Shown here: piece after piece, positions 1 through 11,038 of the stretch
Numbering within the stretch: the first letter of the stretch is position 1
Layout of the letters: each line of letters opens with the position of its first letter
Source of the DNA: Bacteriovoracia bacterium
GTDB taxonomy: Bacteria > Bdellovibrionota > Bacteriovoracia > Bacteriovoracales > Bacteriovoracaceae
Direction of reading: 5' to 3'
DNA: 64,000 nucleotides
Assembly: GCA_046570105.1 (NCBI GenBank)
Contig: JBKHVI010000003.1
Coordinates: 48,807 to 112,806 of the forward strand
Position numbers and translations under genes: made by a program
The notes under the pieces: model-generated
Database searches by the model: none
Told to the model about the DNA's origin: nothing
The model's input: only the letters and a program-made list of their open reading frames with translations

Positions 1-4
1 CCAG

Positions 5-655
5 TTGAATGTAAACTATTTAGATTTTTTTGACCTTAAACTGATTAAGGAACTGAGAAACAAAATCAAAAGAAAAGAATCACATTTCAAACCTATCGAA
101 GCCAAATTTGGCTTCAACCTTCCACTAAGTTTATTAAACGGTATTGAAATTCGAAAAAACTTTCCAGAAATCGTTTCGTTTGCTGAAACGAATATCAAGG
201 AATTAGTTGAACGCGAAGTAGGGACGCCAATCAACCTGATGAGAGATAATCTGCGCTCAATTCGTATCCAGCGCTATACTTCTCCCAAAGAGGGTTTCCT
301 CTGGCATATTGATGGAGCCGACTACACTGTCTTTATCACCTTAAGTAACACTCTCAAAGGTGGAACAGAGTACATCTCTTTTAAACGCAGTTTGCTGCTA
401 AAACCCTTGGTGTATTTCTATCCTTTTCTCGTGCTATTTAATCGATGCTCCTGGGCCATTCGTCCCTTCGCTCCACGAAGGATGCTGGGCGAACCAGGTG
501 ATCTTATTCTGTTACAAGGAGGAAAATCGGCCCATAGAACTTATTGTGAGAGTGAGAGCGGCGAGAGACAGATTCTGGCCATAAGCTTTGATCGAGTGAC
601 AAAACCTAAAAACCCTATCTGGGATTTTATTGCGCAAAAGCTTGTGCACCAGTAG
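5..655 (+). CDS. 2OG-Fe(II) oxygenase-like protein (may be 5'-truncated by the window edge)
   Basis: WHID (HxD), distal AHR and ERQILAISF (RxxxxxS) motifs of the DSBH dioxygenase fold; TTG start at the window edge. Confidence 0.6.
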   Translation: MNVNYLDFFDLKLIKELRNKIKRKESHFKPIEAKFGFNLPLSLLNGIEIRKNFPEIVSFAETNIKELVEREVGTPINLMRDNLRSIRIQRYTSPKEGFLWHIDGADYTVFITLSNTLKGGTEYISFKRSLLLKPLVYFYPFLVLFNRCSWAIRPFAPRRMLGEPGDLILLQGGKSAHRTYCESESGERQILAISFDRVTKPKNPIWDFIAQKLVHQ

Positions 656-2051
656 ATTTATCTTTAGACACTTTGCTGACATCTTTCGGTACCTCATTGC
701 CTGCACCGAAATAGACAGGCACGATGCCGCGACGAACTTTGTACATATAATAAAGATTCGACAGCAGATGGTAGTGCTTTAATTTATACTTCCCTCTCCA
801 AAGTCGAAGTAAAATTGATCGCAGAGAATAGAAGCGACGAAGCGCTCGCCAATAGCCACGCTGAATCTCATCCGCCGACATATGGGGATGCTTAAAGACC
901 ACATAAGACTCTCGAAAATGGCTCAAATCTTTATCGACGATCATTCCGCTATCAAATACTTTCTTTCCGAGAGGAGTCTTAGGATAAGGCGTATAAAGAA
1001 AGAATTCAGCAATAGACACACCCATCTTCTCTAACCATTCAACAGTCTCATCAAAAGTTTCCTGAGTATCCTCTGGAAATCCGAAAACAATCAATGCATG
1101 GACAGCAATTCCACTTGCATGAATTTTCTGAATAGCTTTTTCAAAATCGCTAACACGATTAAACCCCTTAGCGACTTGATTCAAATTCTTTTGCGAGAGC
1201 GATTCAAAACCGACGGCAACAAAAACACAGCCGGCCTCTTTCGCAAGCTGTAATAATTCTGGATCTTTGGCAATGTTGACTGTGCACTGTGTTCCCCAGC
1301 CCACCTTAAGATCTTTCATCGCTCGAAAGAGTTCTTTAGAATAGACGACGTCTTCCATTAGATTATCGTCAACGAATGAAAGCTGTCGCGACTTACTGGC
1401 CTTAATATCTCTTACGACATCGGCAACTGGACGTAAGCGATAGCGCTTTTGATAAAACTCAATGATCGAACAATATTCACAAACGAAAGGACATCCGCGA
1501 GTTGCCTGGACAGGTAGCACGGCCATGCGACTTTTGTCTGCCAGGTCATAGCGAGGCACCGGAAGATCTTCGAGGGGAAAAGGTTTGTCCTGTTGGTAGC
1601 TTTTTTTGAGTTGCCCATGCTCTATATCGTGAAGCATCTGAAGCCACACTCCTTCCGCTTCACCAACACAATAGGCATCGACATAATCTTCAATTAATTC
1701 CGGGTGCATGGTAGGAAGGAAGCCTCCCATGATGACAATCTTTCCTCGTTTCTTAAACTCTTTGGCTATCTCTTGAGCGCGTTTGAGCTGCATAACCTGG
1801 GCATGAATCCCTATGACATCCGCATCTGTGTTAAAATCGACATCTTGGAAATATTCTTCAATCTTTTCTACTTTGATATGACTGGGTGTCATCGCTGCTA
1901 AAATAAGCAAACCCAACTTCTCCACGTTGACTGTCGTCAGACGATTCCACCATCCCTTGGATTGAACGAGTCTGCCCTTGTCGTCATAATGGGCACTGTG
2001 AATAAACAGTACCTTTTTGATTTTAGGATGAGCTGTCACAGGTTGATTCAT
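627..2051 (-). CDS. B12-binding radical SAM protein
   Basis: RGCPFVCEYC (CxxxCxxC); N-terminal cobalamin-binding-type segment (IMGGFLPT...VGEAE); FVDDN and GFES motifs. Confidence 0.9.
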   Translation of the reverse strand: MNQPVTAHPKIKKVLFIHSAHYDDKGRLVQSKGWWNRLTTVNVEKLGLLILAAMTPSHIKVEKIEEYFQDVDFNTDADVIGIHAQVMQLKRAQEIAKEFKKRGKIVIMGGFLPTMHPELIEDYVDAYCVGEAEGVWLQMLHDIEHGQLKKSYQQDKPFPLEDLPVPRYDLADKSRMAVLPVQATRGCPFVCEYCSIIEFYQKRYRLRPVADVVRDIKASKSRQLSFVDDNLMEDVVYSKELFRAMKDLKVGWGTQCTVNIAKDPELLQLAKEAGCVFVAVGFESLSQKNLNQVAKGFNRVSDFEKAIQKIHASGIAVHALIVFGFPEDTQETFDETVEWLEKMGVSIAEFFLYTPYPKTPLGKKVFDSGMIVDKDLSHFRESYVVFKHPHMSADEIQRGYWRALRRFYSLRSILLRLWRGKYKLKHYHLLSNLYYMYKVRRGIVPVYFGAGNEVPKDVSKVSKDKSTGAQAFAQ

Positions 2052-3004
2052 TTACTTAAATCTTCGCTTGGAAAAGTTATCTCAAATCTCAGCCCACCTA
2101 GCGAGGACTGTCCTAACTTGAGCTCTCCTCGATGTTCATCCAAGCATGCTTTTACCGAGATAAGCCCTAGCCCCGTCCCAGTAGACTTAGTCGTATAGAA
2201 AGGCTCAAAGATTTGATCGTACTTTTCTGGTGGAATACCTTTGCCATTGTCCTCGATAGAAAACTTTATCGCTTCAGCCTTATCTTGAGCCAAAGTGATT
2301 CTTATCTCAGGATTTACAGTATGAGCATTAGCCGCTTCAGCTGCATTCAAAATGAGATTCAATATCATTTGATGTATTAAAACGGAGCGACCTTTAAAAC
2401 TGAAAGAGCCCGCTGATACCTCAGTGTCAAGCTTGCATCTCATCAGTGCCTTATGATGAGATGCGATCTCGACACATTCGCTCAGTACAGAAGAAAAATT
2501 GAAACTCTCAATGCGCCCCATTTCGGAATTACTGGCGGTTTTTAACTTTTTCATCATTTCGATGAGACGATCTGTAGAGGCGCGCAGTTTAACTAGCGCA
2601 TCTTGTGTCTCAGTACTATGGCCATTTAAGCTCAGCACATGCTCCACACGCAGCGTGATGATACTTAAAAGATTATTCGCATCATGGGCCAGACATGAAG
2701 CCAGCATCCCCGCAGCGGCCTTGCTCTCGGACTTGAGTAATGCCTCTCTCTCGCGCATAAGACGAAGGCCATCTTGGAAAATCTTTTGAAAAAGGATGTA
2801 GCAGAAAATAAAAAGACCTAAAGAGGAAAAGAACATGAAGCCTAGTCCCTTATACATCTCTAACTTTTCAAGCACCTCTTTAGTAGGCGCCATGCTGGCA
2901 ACAATCTTTCCAGAAGTCAGAATATAAAGAGAAGCGAGGATGAAATATCCCACTGAGATGAACACAGTATATTTTAGGGGCTTACTCATGGCTAAATTCT
3001 TCAC
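2048..3004 (-). CDS. Membrane sensor histidine kinase
   Basis: Two N-terminal TM segments; H-box LAHDANNLL, N-box NLILNA, DNGKG, FEPFYTTK, GTGLGL; ATGA overlap with the radical SAM gene. Confidence 0.9.
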   Translation of the reverse strand: MKNLAMSKPLKYTVFISVGYFILASLYILTSGKIVASMAPTKEVLEKLEMYKGLGFMFFSSLGLFIFCYILFQKIFQDGLRLMREREALLKSESKAAAGMLASCLAHDANNLLSIITLRVEHVLSLNGHSTETQDALVKLRASTDRLIEMMKKLKTASNSEMGRIESFNFSSVLSECVEIASHHKALMRCKLDTEVSAGSFSFKGRSVLIHQMILNLILNAAEAANAHTVNPEIRITLAQDKAEAIKFSIEDNGKGIPPEKYDQIFEPFYTTKSTGTGLGLISVKACLDEHRGELKLGQSSLGGLRFEITFPSEDLSK

Positions 3005-3054
3005 CGCACAAGCTTAGTTCATGAATGTGGATGGAGACAATTAAAGGTCAGCGC

Positions 3055-3086
3055 AAAAAAAAAGCTCCCTGGTGAAGGGAGCTTTT
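3055..3086 (-). terminator. Intrinsic terminator downstream of tRNA-Leu
   Basis: AAAAGCTCCCT-ggtga-AGGGAGCTTTT hairpin with a 9-A run on + (U-tract on -). Confidence 0.85.
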
Positions 3087-3123
3087 CATTTTAACAATCG
3101 CCAGAGGCGATTAAATTAAAAAG

Positions 3124-3206
3124 TGGTGCCCGGTGAGGGACTCGAACCCCCACGATCACTCACCAGATCCTAAGTCTGGCGTGTCTACCAATTCCACCAA
3201 CCGGGC
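3124..3206 (-). tRNA. tRNA-Leu (anticodon TAG)
   Basis: Reverse complement GCCCGGT...ACCGGGC-ACCA acceptor stem; anticodon arm CCAGA-CTTAGGA-TCTGG; T-loop TTCGAGT; long variable arm; encoded CCA. Confidence 0.97.
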
Positions 3207-3218
3207 AATTAGGGAGCC

Positions 3219-3247
3219 AGAATAAAGGGAAGATGAGATTTAGGCAA
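3219..3247 (-). promoter_or_regulatory. Sigma70-type promoter of tRNA-Leu
   Basis: TTGCCT-N17-TATTCT on the minus strand, 12 nt upstream of the mature tRNA. Confidence 0.6.
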
Positions 3248-3259
3248 GAGTAAGGCGCT

Positions 3260-6200
3260 TTAAGCTGCTTTTTTGCCCGGAGCAGCAGGCTTCGCTTTGG
3301 CCTTTTCCATGTCTTTTTTAAGCTTTTCCAGCATGTTTTTGAGGGCGGTATTCTCCGCGCGGGCCTTGTTAATCTCTTTTTTAGCTTCACCCAACTGATT
3401 GGTTGCTGCAGCAAAATCAGCAGAAAGCTTTTTAACTGTCGCATCCATTTGGGCCATTTTGCCTTTGGTGGCCTGGTCACCTGCACCACCACCTGCTGCC
3501 GACTTGGCCAGCATGCCTGTGAGTTCAGCTACTTTTTGCTCTAACTCTTTAATGTTTAACTCGTACTTACCGGCCTTCTGAGTTTGTTGCTTCAAATCTT
3601 CCTGCAAACCGGCAATCGCCTTCTCATGGGCATCGTTCTTAGCGATTGGTGTCGCCATCACTGGACCAGTTGTCGAGAGAGCAGATTTGAGGGCCTCTTC
3701 AAGTCGTTTTCTTTCTCCGCGCAAGCGTGCAAGCTCAGCTTGATCAAGATCAATCCGACTCTTCATCTTAGTCATTTCTTTTTGAGTTGTCTGCAAAGCG
3801 ACTTCAGCACGCTGTTTCTCCAGCATGACTTTTCTCACATCTTCATCTTTTTTAGGATTAGCGCCACCGTTTTGCTTTTCTAGGTTTGTCGCCATCGACG
3901 TGAGTTTGTTCTTATAGACTTCAACTAAGCGAGTAAGCGATTGCTTCTCTTGCTCAAGAGCACGAAGTTTTTGTGCTTGAGTAGCTTGTTGTGTATTGGC
4001 CTGTGAACCAATCAAATCGGAAATCTTCGTATTTAGATCTTTGATCTCTTTGTCTTTTTTGACCAAGATTATAGAAAGACCATCTTTGGCTTTTTGCACA
4101 ACTAGATCACGAGATTTAAGTGCACGATTGGCCTTCTCAATTTCTTGGGCAAAGAAAGCATCTTTCTTCTGCATTTCAATTTTAGCTTTCTTGATATCTT
4201 GTTCTGCTTGCTTGGCAGCTGTGATGATTTTTTGTTCACGCTCAAGAGCCTCTTTCAAGCGTTCGGTATCGCGAGGATCAATTTCTTTTCCGCTGGCAAG
4301 ATCTTGGATGATCTGAATTTTTTCTGCAACCGGAATAATCTCTACTTCTGGTACCACCGCTGATTCGGCCATTTCTTTAGCTTCAATACGCGCTGATTCC
4401 TGGGCTTTCTGCTCCAATTGATGGACTTGAATTCGAGAGTCTTTGAGCACTCTGATTTCCGTTTTCGCCGCTTCTAACTGTCCCTTAGTCGCATTGAAAT
4501 CTGCTTCTACTTGACGTAATTTCTGGATTAAAATGGCATTGGCCGCATCGTTTTGCACCACTTGCTCTTCACCTGCTTGCGGCGCTGGAGCAACAAACAA
4601 GCGCTGAATAACTTGCTCCCCTTCCATCTTCTTCACTTCTTCATGTGAGCTATGAAGGATCGTTTTAACTTCTTCTTCACTTTCATGCAGTGTATGTGAC
4701 AGGGCCTTGATAAGGCTTTCCTCTCCTACGCCTGAATTATTTTGCACTGCTGAGCGCACTGATTCTTTCACAACAGTTCTAAGTAATTTTTCTTGTTCCT
4801 CAGGAGTGATTATTCCTGCCACTTCATCAGGAGTTTTCCCCGGGAACATGGTGGCCATTTTCGTCTTGAGTGACTCTTGGAAATTTGCTCTGAACTGATA
4901 ATCGGGCAGCTCAGGTAAAACCGTTTCCGGAATAACAAATGCCTCATCAACGGTTACAAAATCTGCAATAACTTTTGGTAATTCTGTTTGACTGAAAAGT
5001 TGCAAATCACTCGATGTGAGTCGATCAAGAGTTTGACCCATCTTGCTAGCAAATCTCTCGAGGCTATGTTTAATTTTATCAGGAGCGGCATTTTGCACGA
5101 GACCCGTTTTGACTTTCCAGTCACCCTTAACTTCTTCTCCGATACCTTGACTCACACGCATGATGAAGTCATTAGCACTCATGGGTGATCCCTTAATCAC
5201 CTGATCGCCCACTTCTTCTTCAATACCACCTGTTACACGTTGAATAAGTTCATCGCGAGCAGCTGCTCCTTTGACCATGATGGCAGCTTCGTCTTCACCC
5301 TCTCCACCACCCACGACAACTGGTACATCAGGAGCTTCGACTCCACCTTTAACCAATTGAGCAAGATCGGCTTCATCTAAGCTGCCTGAGATTTTCTCGG
5401 CTACTTTTTCTGCAAAGCTATCACTCAGTTTCTTTTGGAAATCATCGTCATGTTTGAGATCACCACGGACTCTTTCAATTTGCTGTTCATAGGCTTTTGA
5501 AACGTTATTTTTTCTGACTCGATCAATGACGTGTTGAATGTCACTCTCTACGAGATTCGCAATTTGTTCAGAGTCATAAAACTCAGTCAGCAGATCCATC
5601 ATCTGGTTTTCTGAGACTTCAGCAATTTCTTTTTCAGGATAGCGAACTTTCCATTGATCAATTACAAATCCAACCAATTGTTTAGCCAAATCTGGATGAT
5701 CTTTTAGATAGCCCTCATGTCCTGTTTCAGGCATGACCATTTCAAGCAAATGTCCTGGTAATGGCTTATCTTTAATTTGCTCAGCATTGAGTTCCATCCC
5801 CGCGACAGTTTCACGTGGGACTTGGTGCAATTGATACTCAATTTGGCGCTCGATCTGGGCAGTGGTCTGAATATGATTCATCATGAGGCCACTAAATCTC
5901 AGAGTGCGAACACCTTTGCGATTTTGCCAAAGACCAGTGATGACCAGCTTAGATGCCGTCTGAATATATTGGATTTCAGTAAAGTCAGCGCTGTGCATAC
6001 AGATTGCCAAGAGATAGCGCAATGGATCCTGTCCATTAGGTTGTCCGAAACTGTCCATCAAGTACTCGGCCACGTAGTTTTTAACCGGCAAATGAATTTG
6101 CACAATTGTTTCATGGCCTGTGTGTCCACAATCGACTTCAAACGGGGCCCCAGCAATGCCGGCCTGTTTTAAATACACTAGATAATAAATAGCATGATCA

Positions 6201-6688
6201 ATAAAGGTACGAACGTTTACGACCGCTCCATCCCGAGAATGAACGAAATGAGCTAAGCGATCCAGCTCTGAGCCAATACGCATATGATTGGTAATCTTGC
6301 AGCTCATGCCCTCTTTGATACTTGGGAAATTCTCTGCAAGCTGAACACTCGCTTGTCCTTGGAAGAATTTCTCCAAGGTCACCTGGCCCATCTTTTCAGT
6401 CAGCCATTTCTGATCCAAAACGAAACGGCCATTGTTGGTAATAAAAGAAGGAAGATCCTTAACTGCTGTTAGGGCGATGATCTTGATGTCATTTTCAAGA
6501 GTATTAAACATGCGATTCATGGCATGGAAATCTTGATCGCCTGAAGCACAAATATGTGTGATCTCCATATTCATTTCAAATTCAGCAAGACCAACCGTTT
6601 TGGCGTTAATTTTCTCAAAGAACTCCATGAGTTCCCCAGAGGCTTCACCCGAATGGAGGAGAACGATTAGTGGACGCGTGACGCTCAT
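3260..6688 (-). CDS. Large hypothetical protein (1142 aa) with long C-terminal coiled coil
   Basis: Long ORF; start moved to ATG 6688 (ATGA overlap with the upstream stop, GGAGGTGG RBS); heptad-rich K/E/Q/A C-terminal third. Confidence 0.85.
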   Translation of the reverse strand: MSVTRPLIVLLHSGEASGELMEFFEKINAKTVGLAEFEMNMEITHICASGDQDFHAMNRMFNTLENDIKIIALTAVKDLPSFITNNGRFVLDQKWLTEKMGQVTLEKFFQGQASVQLAENFPSIKEGMSCKITNHMRIGSELDRLAHFVHSRDGAVVNVRTFIDHAIYYLVYLKQAGIAGAPFEVDCGHTGHETIVQIHLPVKNYVAEYLMDSFGQPNGQDPLRYLLAICMHSADFTEIQYIQTASKLVITGLWQNRKGVRTLRFSGLMMNHIQTTAQIERQIEYQLHQVPRETVAGMELNAEQIKDKPLPGHLLEMVMPETGHEGYLKDHPDLAKQLVGFVIDQWKVRYPEKEIAEVSENQMMDLLTEFYDSEQIANLVESDIQHVIDRVRKNNVSKAYEQQIERVRGDLKHDDDFQKKLSDSFAEKVAEKISGSLDEADLAQLVKGGVEAPDVPVVVGGGEGEDEAAIMVKGAAARDELIQRVTGGIEEEVGDQVIKGSPMSANDFIMRVSQGIGEEVKGDWKVKTGLVQNAAPDKIKHSLERFASKMGQTLDRLTSSDLQLFSQTELPKVIADFVTVDEAFVIPETVLPELPDYQFRANFQESLKTKMATMFPGKTPDEVAGIITPEEQEKLLRTVVKESVRSAVQNNSGVGEESLIKALSHTLHESEEEVKTILHSSHEEVKKMEGEQVIQRLFVAPAPQAGEEQVVQNDAANAILIQKLRQVEADFNATKGQLEAAKTEIRVLKDSRIQVHQLEQKAQESARIEAKEMAESAVVPEVEIIPVAEKIQIIQDLASGKEIDPRDTERLKEALEREQKIITAAKQAEQDIKKAKIEMQKKDAFFAQEIEKANRALKSRDLVVQKAKDGLSIILVKKDKEIKDLNTKISDLIGSQANTQQATQAQKLRALEQEKQSLTRLVEVYKNKLTSMATNLEKQNGGANPKKDEDVRKVMLEKQRAEVALQTTQKEMTKMKSRIDLDQAELARLRGERKRLEEALKSALSTTGPVMATPIAKNDAHEKAIAGLQEDLKQQTQKAGKYELNIKELEQKVAELTGMLAKSAAGGGAGDQATKGKMAQMDATVKKLSADFAAATNQLGEAKKEINKARAENTALKNMLEKLKKDMEKAKAKPAAPGKKAA

Positions 6689-7725
6689 GCCGCCACCTCC
6701 ACTGCTTTGGGAATTCTGAACCAAAGTTTAATTTTCGCAAGAATACCTTTCACCGGTAGATTCTCAACAGGCTTAGCTTGATAACGGGCCCAAAGATGAC
6801 CAAAGCTCTGACTTAAATCCTTTTCAAGAACTTCTTCTTGGTAATCCACCATATTGTCGGCCAACATCATTAATGTCTGCCAATCTGAGAGCACCGAGAA
6901 TGTCATGCCTTCAGGAAAACCAGTTCCATCAGCTTTTTCATGATGATGAAGGATGCTGGTAATGAGTTCAGGAAAAATATACTGAGCTTCAAATTGCTCT
7001 CTGACTCGATCGTAACCCATACGCGGATGTTCTAAGAAAAGTTCAACTTCCTCTTTGCCCGCATTTTTCTCTTTTAACAAAAGATCACCTGCGCCAGGAG
7101 AGAACTTCTCTGCTTGGCAAGCAAGTGCAACCCAATAGCTAAAATGCTCACTCAGTAAGCCAATATCTAATAGCCAGCCCGTGAGATAAATATCTTTCAA
7201 AAACTGTGTATCTTCATAACCAGCAGCGATACTTACCAACACTGCCAAAGAAGAAACCATCAAGCCACGACGATAGAGCACCACATGGCCCGCTTGAAAT
7301 TCTTCAATAATATTTTGATCAACAGGGAAAAGAGAATAACAAGCAAAAGCCCAATCGAGCATGCACAGCCCACCATCAGGACGCAGACCTAGCCGAAGAG
7401 ATGAAATAAATTGTTCGCGCTTATGTTCAATCTCGTTTGGATCTTGAGCAAGATCCCACTGATTGAATAGTTCTTTAAGATTTTCAACTGCCGCAAGATT
7501 GATCAGTGGTTTCCAGAGCAGATTTGCTGAAGTGGCAAACTTCTTTTTCCAATTCTCTTCTAAAACATCCCCAGCACGTTTAAGTCGAAGAGTTTTTCCT
7601 GAATGTGTTTTTAAAAATATATCTCCGGGCGCAATTTTCCATTGCGACAACACTGCACCCTCAATCGGATGCAACGAACTTTCATTTACTGAAAGCTGAG
7701 TTTGATTTTTAGTTGAGGTCGACAC
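6685..7725 (-). CDS. Degenerate HD-GYP domain protein
   Basis: LLDIG (HD His replaced), HP, HHHEKADGTGFP, LAD; GTG start at 7725 follows a GAAGGAGGG RBS. Confidence 0.8.
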   Translation of the reverse strand: MSTSTKNQTQLSVNESSLHPIEGAVLSQWKIAPGDIFLKTHSGKTLRLKRAGDVLEENWKKKFATSANLLWKPLINLAAVENLKELFNQWDLAQDPNEIEHKREQFISSLRLGLRPDGGLCMLDWAFACYSLFPVDQNIIEEFQAGHVVLYRRGLMVSSLAVLVSIAAGYEDTQFLKDIYLTGWLLDIGLLSEHFSYWVALACQAEKFSPGAGDLLLKEKNAGKEEVELFLEHPRMGYDRVREQFEAQYIFPELITSILHHHEKADGTGFPEGMTFSVLSDWQTLMMLADNMVDYQEEVLEKDLSQSFGHLWARYQAKPVENLPVKGILAKIKLWFRIPKAVEVAA

Positions 7726-7752
7726 AGTGCCTGACCCTCCTTCACTCAAAGC

Positions 7753-7780
7753 TTTTCGGTAAAAAACCTAATAAAATCGA
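7753..7780 (-). promoter_or_regulatory. Putative sigma28 (FliA) promoter
   Basis: TCGATTTT-N12-ACCGAAAA versus consensus TAAAGTTT-N11-GCCGATAA. Confidence 0.4.
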
Positions 7781-7885
7781 GGAAAACTTAACTCTTGAGT
7801 AGACAGCTACAGTATGTGTGTTTGTGAATAGACGAGTGAGTCCCTGAGATTTATCATTAGCAAAACGCTAACCTTTAAGGCCTCG

Positions 7886-9316
7886 ATGACTCCTTTAGAT
7901 TCGCTTATTATAGCCGCTTATATCTCTCTGATTTTCTATATGGCCTGGCGAGTGGGACGCGGAAATCATAAATCAACGAGCACTGCCGAGTCTCAGTATC
8001 TGGCGAATCGAAGCCTCAGCTTTACCGAATCAATTTGCTCCATTATTGCTACCGAGGTTTCTGCTCTGACATTTTTAGGCATTCCCGCCTTCGCTTTTAA
8101 TCAAAATTTCAGCTTTGTTCAGATTTATTTTGGCGCGATTGCAGGACGCCTACTCGTGGCGCTTTTCTTTCTACCTAAGATTTACGGCAAGGGACTGACG
8201 ATTTATGAAGTGATGGCACAGGGTACACAAGGAGCCACCGGCCGACGTGTGGTGGGAATTTTCTATGCTATCAGCAAAGTTTTTTCTGTCGGTGTTCGCC
8301 TCTTCTCCGGCTCAATCTTAGTCTCTACATTTATGGGAGTGAACGTTTATATCGGACTTGCTGCTGTTACGTTTATTACTTTTTTCTACACACTGATTGG
8401 CGGACTTAAAGCAGTCGTACGAACTGATATTTTACAGATGTCTTTATTCATTCTCGGTGGCATCGCGGCTCACTATTTGATTCCCAATGTCGCCAATCAA
8501 TCTTGGGGTGAGATGATGTCGCTTGCCCATGCTGCTGGCAAAACAACAATATTTGATATCACTCAGCCATGGAGTATTGTAGCGGGCCTTTTAGGTGGTA
8601 TTTTGTTTGATATGTCGACTCATGGTGTGGATCAGGACTTTGCTCAACGCCTCACCGCCAATGCTTCTCTTAAGCGTGGTCAGCAAGCCATCTTCTTCTC
8701 ATCATTTATTTCTATCAGTGTGGGTTTATTATTCTTAGGTGTGGGAGCTTTGTTATGGAGCTACTACCAAACTCATCCCTTCCCTAGTGATATTCCCAAT
8801 GCCGATCATTTATTCGCGCATTTTATTGTGAATTATTTTCCTCAAGGCATGAAAGGCCTGATGGTCGCAGGTGTCTTGGCCGCCACCATGAGTACTCTTG
8901 ATTCAACTATCAACGCACTCTGTGCCACGCTTTATAATGATATTTTGCCTAAGCGCTCTAAGCTCTCTATTGGCCAATATTTTATGATCGATAATATTGC
9001 TATCACATTATTGCTCTTTAGCGTTGCTGTCGTAGCTTCTCAAAATGATGGTCTCTTAATGCTCGGTCTTAAAATTCAATCTTGGACTGCCGGCGCTCTT
9101 TTAAGTCTCTTTATGTCTTATGTGATTTTCAAGCGTCATTTCCACTCTCCGTTTGATAGCGGCACAGTCGTTCTCGCTTATGTTTTTGGCGTCGGGGGCG
9201 TGGCACTCAATACCATGGTGATCCAAGGTAACTGGAACTGGAATACGTACTATGGTTGTGGTTTTGGCATGCTGGCGCTCTTTCTTTTAGGAAAGCTGCG
9301 CCAGCAAAAAAATTAA
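7886..9316 (+). CDS. Sodium:solute symporter family transporter
   Basis: About 13 TM segments; [35 protein letters not shown] motifs. Confidence 0.92.
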   Translation: MTPLDSLIIAAYISLIFYMAWRVGRGNHKSTSTAESQYLANRSLSFTESICSIIATEVSALTFLGIPAFAFNQNFSFVQIYFGAIAGRLLVALFFLPKIYGKGLTIYEVMAQGTQGATGRRVVGIFYAISKVFSVGVRLFSGSILVSTFMGVNVYIGLAAVTFITFFYTLIGGLKAVVRTDILQMSLFILGGIAAHYLIPNVANQSWGEMMSLAHAAGKTTIFDITQPWSIVAGLLGGILFDMSTHGVDQDFAQRLTANASLKRGQQAIFFSSFISISVGLLFLGVGALLWSYYQTHPFPSDIPNADHLFAHFIVNYFPQGMKGLMVAGVLAATMSTLDSTINALCATLYNDILPKRSKLSIGQYFMIDNIAITLLLFSVAVVASQNDGLLMLGLKIQSWTAGALLSLFMSYVIFKRHFHSPFDSGTVVLAYVFGVGGVALNTMVIQGNWNWNTYYGCGFGMLALFLLGKLRQQKN

Positions 9317-11037
9317 GATAGGAATGACTCGAGATTTTTCGGAAGGCCCTTAGGGATCGCTCCCAAAAGAGTCTTGGTGTATTCTTCGCGAGGTTGGCGA
9401 TAGATACGATCGGCATTACCCATCTCAACCAAACGACCACCGTTCATCACGCCCACTTCATCAGAAATGAAATTCACCACACCGAGATCGTGAGAGATGA
9501 AAATATATGTGAGCTTGAACTCTTGCTGAAGATCCAAAAGAAGATTCAACACTTGCGCCTGAATCGACACATCAAGAGCAGAAACTGACTCATCACAGAT
9601 AACAAATTCCGGACGAAGCATCAGGGCACGAGCAATACAGATACGCTGACGTTGACCACCTGAGAACTCATGAGGATAACGATTAAGTTGGTTGGCCTTA
9701 AGACCCACTTTCTCCATCAACTCTTTCGCTGCTGAGAGGCGCTCTGATTTTCCACCACCCAAACCGTGAACCACCAAGGGCTCAGTCAAAATCTCACCCA
9801 CTGTCATACGAGGATTGAGCGATGAGTAAGGATCTTGGAAAATGATTTGCATCTTACGACGCAACAAACGCATTTCTTCATGCGTCGCTTTAGTAATATC
9901 TTTGCCGTCATAAACGATGCTGCCAGAAGTTGGCTCCACCAGACGAAGAATGGTGCGACCCAAAGTTGTTTTTCCACAACCTGACTCACCCACGAGACCC
10001 AAAGTCTTGCCGCGCTTTAATTGGAAGCTGACTCCGTTAACCGCCTTCACTTCGCCCACCTGACGACCTAAGAGGCCACCCTTAATAGGGAAATGCGTGT
10101 GAATATCTTTAACTTCTAAAAGAATTGGATTGTTGTTTTTGGCTTCGTAGTCTTTTTCGAACACCTGAACGCGCTCACGAGTCACTTTAAGACCGTTGCC
10201 TTCTTCATCCATAAAATCACTAACAGTCAAAAGACGCTTAGGATTGGCCCCAAGATCCGGACGGCAAGCGATTAGGCCCTTTGTGTAAGGATGATGAGAG
10301 CTCTCAAAGATAGAGCGAGTTTTATCTTTCTCCACCATTTTTGAGCGATACATCACAACCACATCATCCGCGATATCAGCGATAACGCCGAGATCGTGAG
10401 TAATGAAGAGCATGCTCATTTTGTGTTTTTCTTGCAGGTTTTTGAGAAGCTCAAGCACTTGCTTTTGAATGGTCACATCCAAAGCAGTCGTTGGCTCATC
10501 ACAAATCAAAAGTTTTGGATCACAGGCGATCGCCATGGCAATCATCACGCGTTGTTTTTGACCGCCACTCATTTCATGAGGGTAAGCCATCACTTTTTGA
10601 GATGGATTAGGAATTCCGACTTCATTGAAGAGATCGATGGCTTTTTCCCAAGCGACTTTTTTATTCATCCCACGGTGAAGCATAAGAGTTTCTGCCACTT
10701 GAGCACCTGTTCTAAAAACTGGATTCAAGCTGGTCATCGGCTCTTGGAAAATCATGGCGATTTTATCACCACGGATTTTTCTCATAGCATCGTCTGAGAG
10801 ATTGAGAAGATTAGTGCCATCAAACAGGATCTCGCCACTGATACGCGCTGGTGGCTGGGGCAAGAGGCGCATGACTGCAAGCGAGGTCACACTCTTTCCA
10901 GAGCCCGACTCTCCCACGATCCCCACGGTTTTACCCATCGGAACGTCGAAACTTATATTATCAACTGCACGCATCTGATTATCAGGCGTGATGAAGTCAA
11001 CAGTGAGGTTCTTAATCGATAGTAAAGGACGGTCCAT
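9313..11037 (-). CDS. Oligopeptide/dipeptide ABC transporter ATPase (fused double ABC domain)
   Basis: Two Walker A motifs ([16 protein letters not shown]), two SGGQ signatures, ICDE Walker B; start at MDRPLL. Confidence 0.95.
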   Translation of the reverse strand: MDRPLLSIKNLTVDFITPDNQMRAVDNISFDVPMGKTVGIVGESGSGKSVTSLAVMRLLPQPPARISGEILFDGTNLLNLSDDAMRKIRGDKIAMIFQEPMTSLNPVFRTGAQVAETLMLHRGMNKKVAWEKAIDLFNEVGIPNPSQKVMAYPHEMSGGQKQRVMIAMAIACDPKLLICDEPTTALDVTIQKQVLELLKNLQEKHKMSMLFITHDLGVIADIADDVVVMYRSKMVEKDKTRSIFESSHHPYTKGLIACRPDLGANPKRLLTVSDFMDEEGNGLKVTRERVQVFEKDYEAKNNNPILLEVKDIHTHFPIKGGLLGRQVGEVKAVNGVSFQLKRGKTLGLVGESGCGKTTLGRTILRLVEPTSGSIVYDGKDITKATHEEMRLLRRKMQIIFQDPYSSLNPRMTVGEILTEPLVVHGLGGGKSERLSAAKELMEKVGLKANQLNRYPHEFSGGQRQRICIARALMLRPEFVICDESVSALDVSIQAQVLNLLLDLQQEFKLTYIFISHDLGVVNFISDEVGVMNGGRLVEMGNADRIYRQPREEYTKTLLGAIPKGLPKNLESFLS

Positions 11038-11038
11038 G

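Noticed and set aside
3124..3206. tRNA-Leu as a proven island integration site
   Set aside because: A native-looking terminator follows the tRNA, and no duplicated 3' end or integrase lies in this window.
3160..3492. 110-aa ORF running into the tRNA
   Set aside because: It is an alternate frame of the coiled-coil gene and overlaps the tRNA and its promoter.
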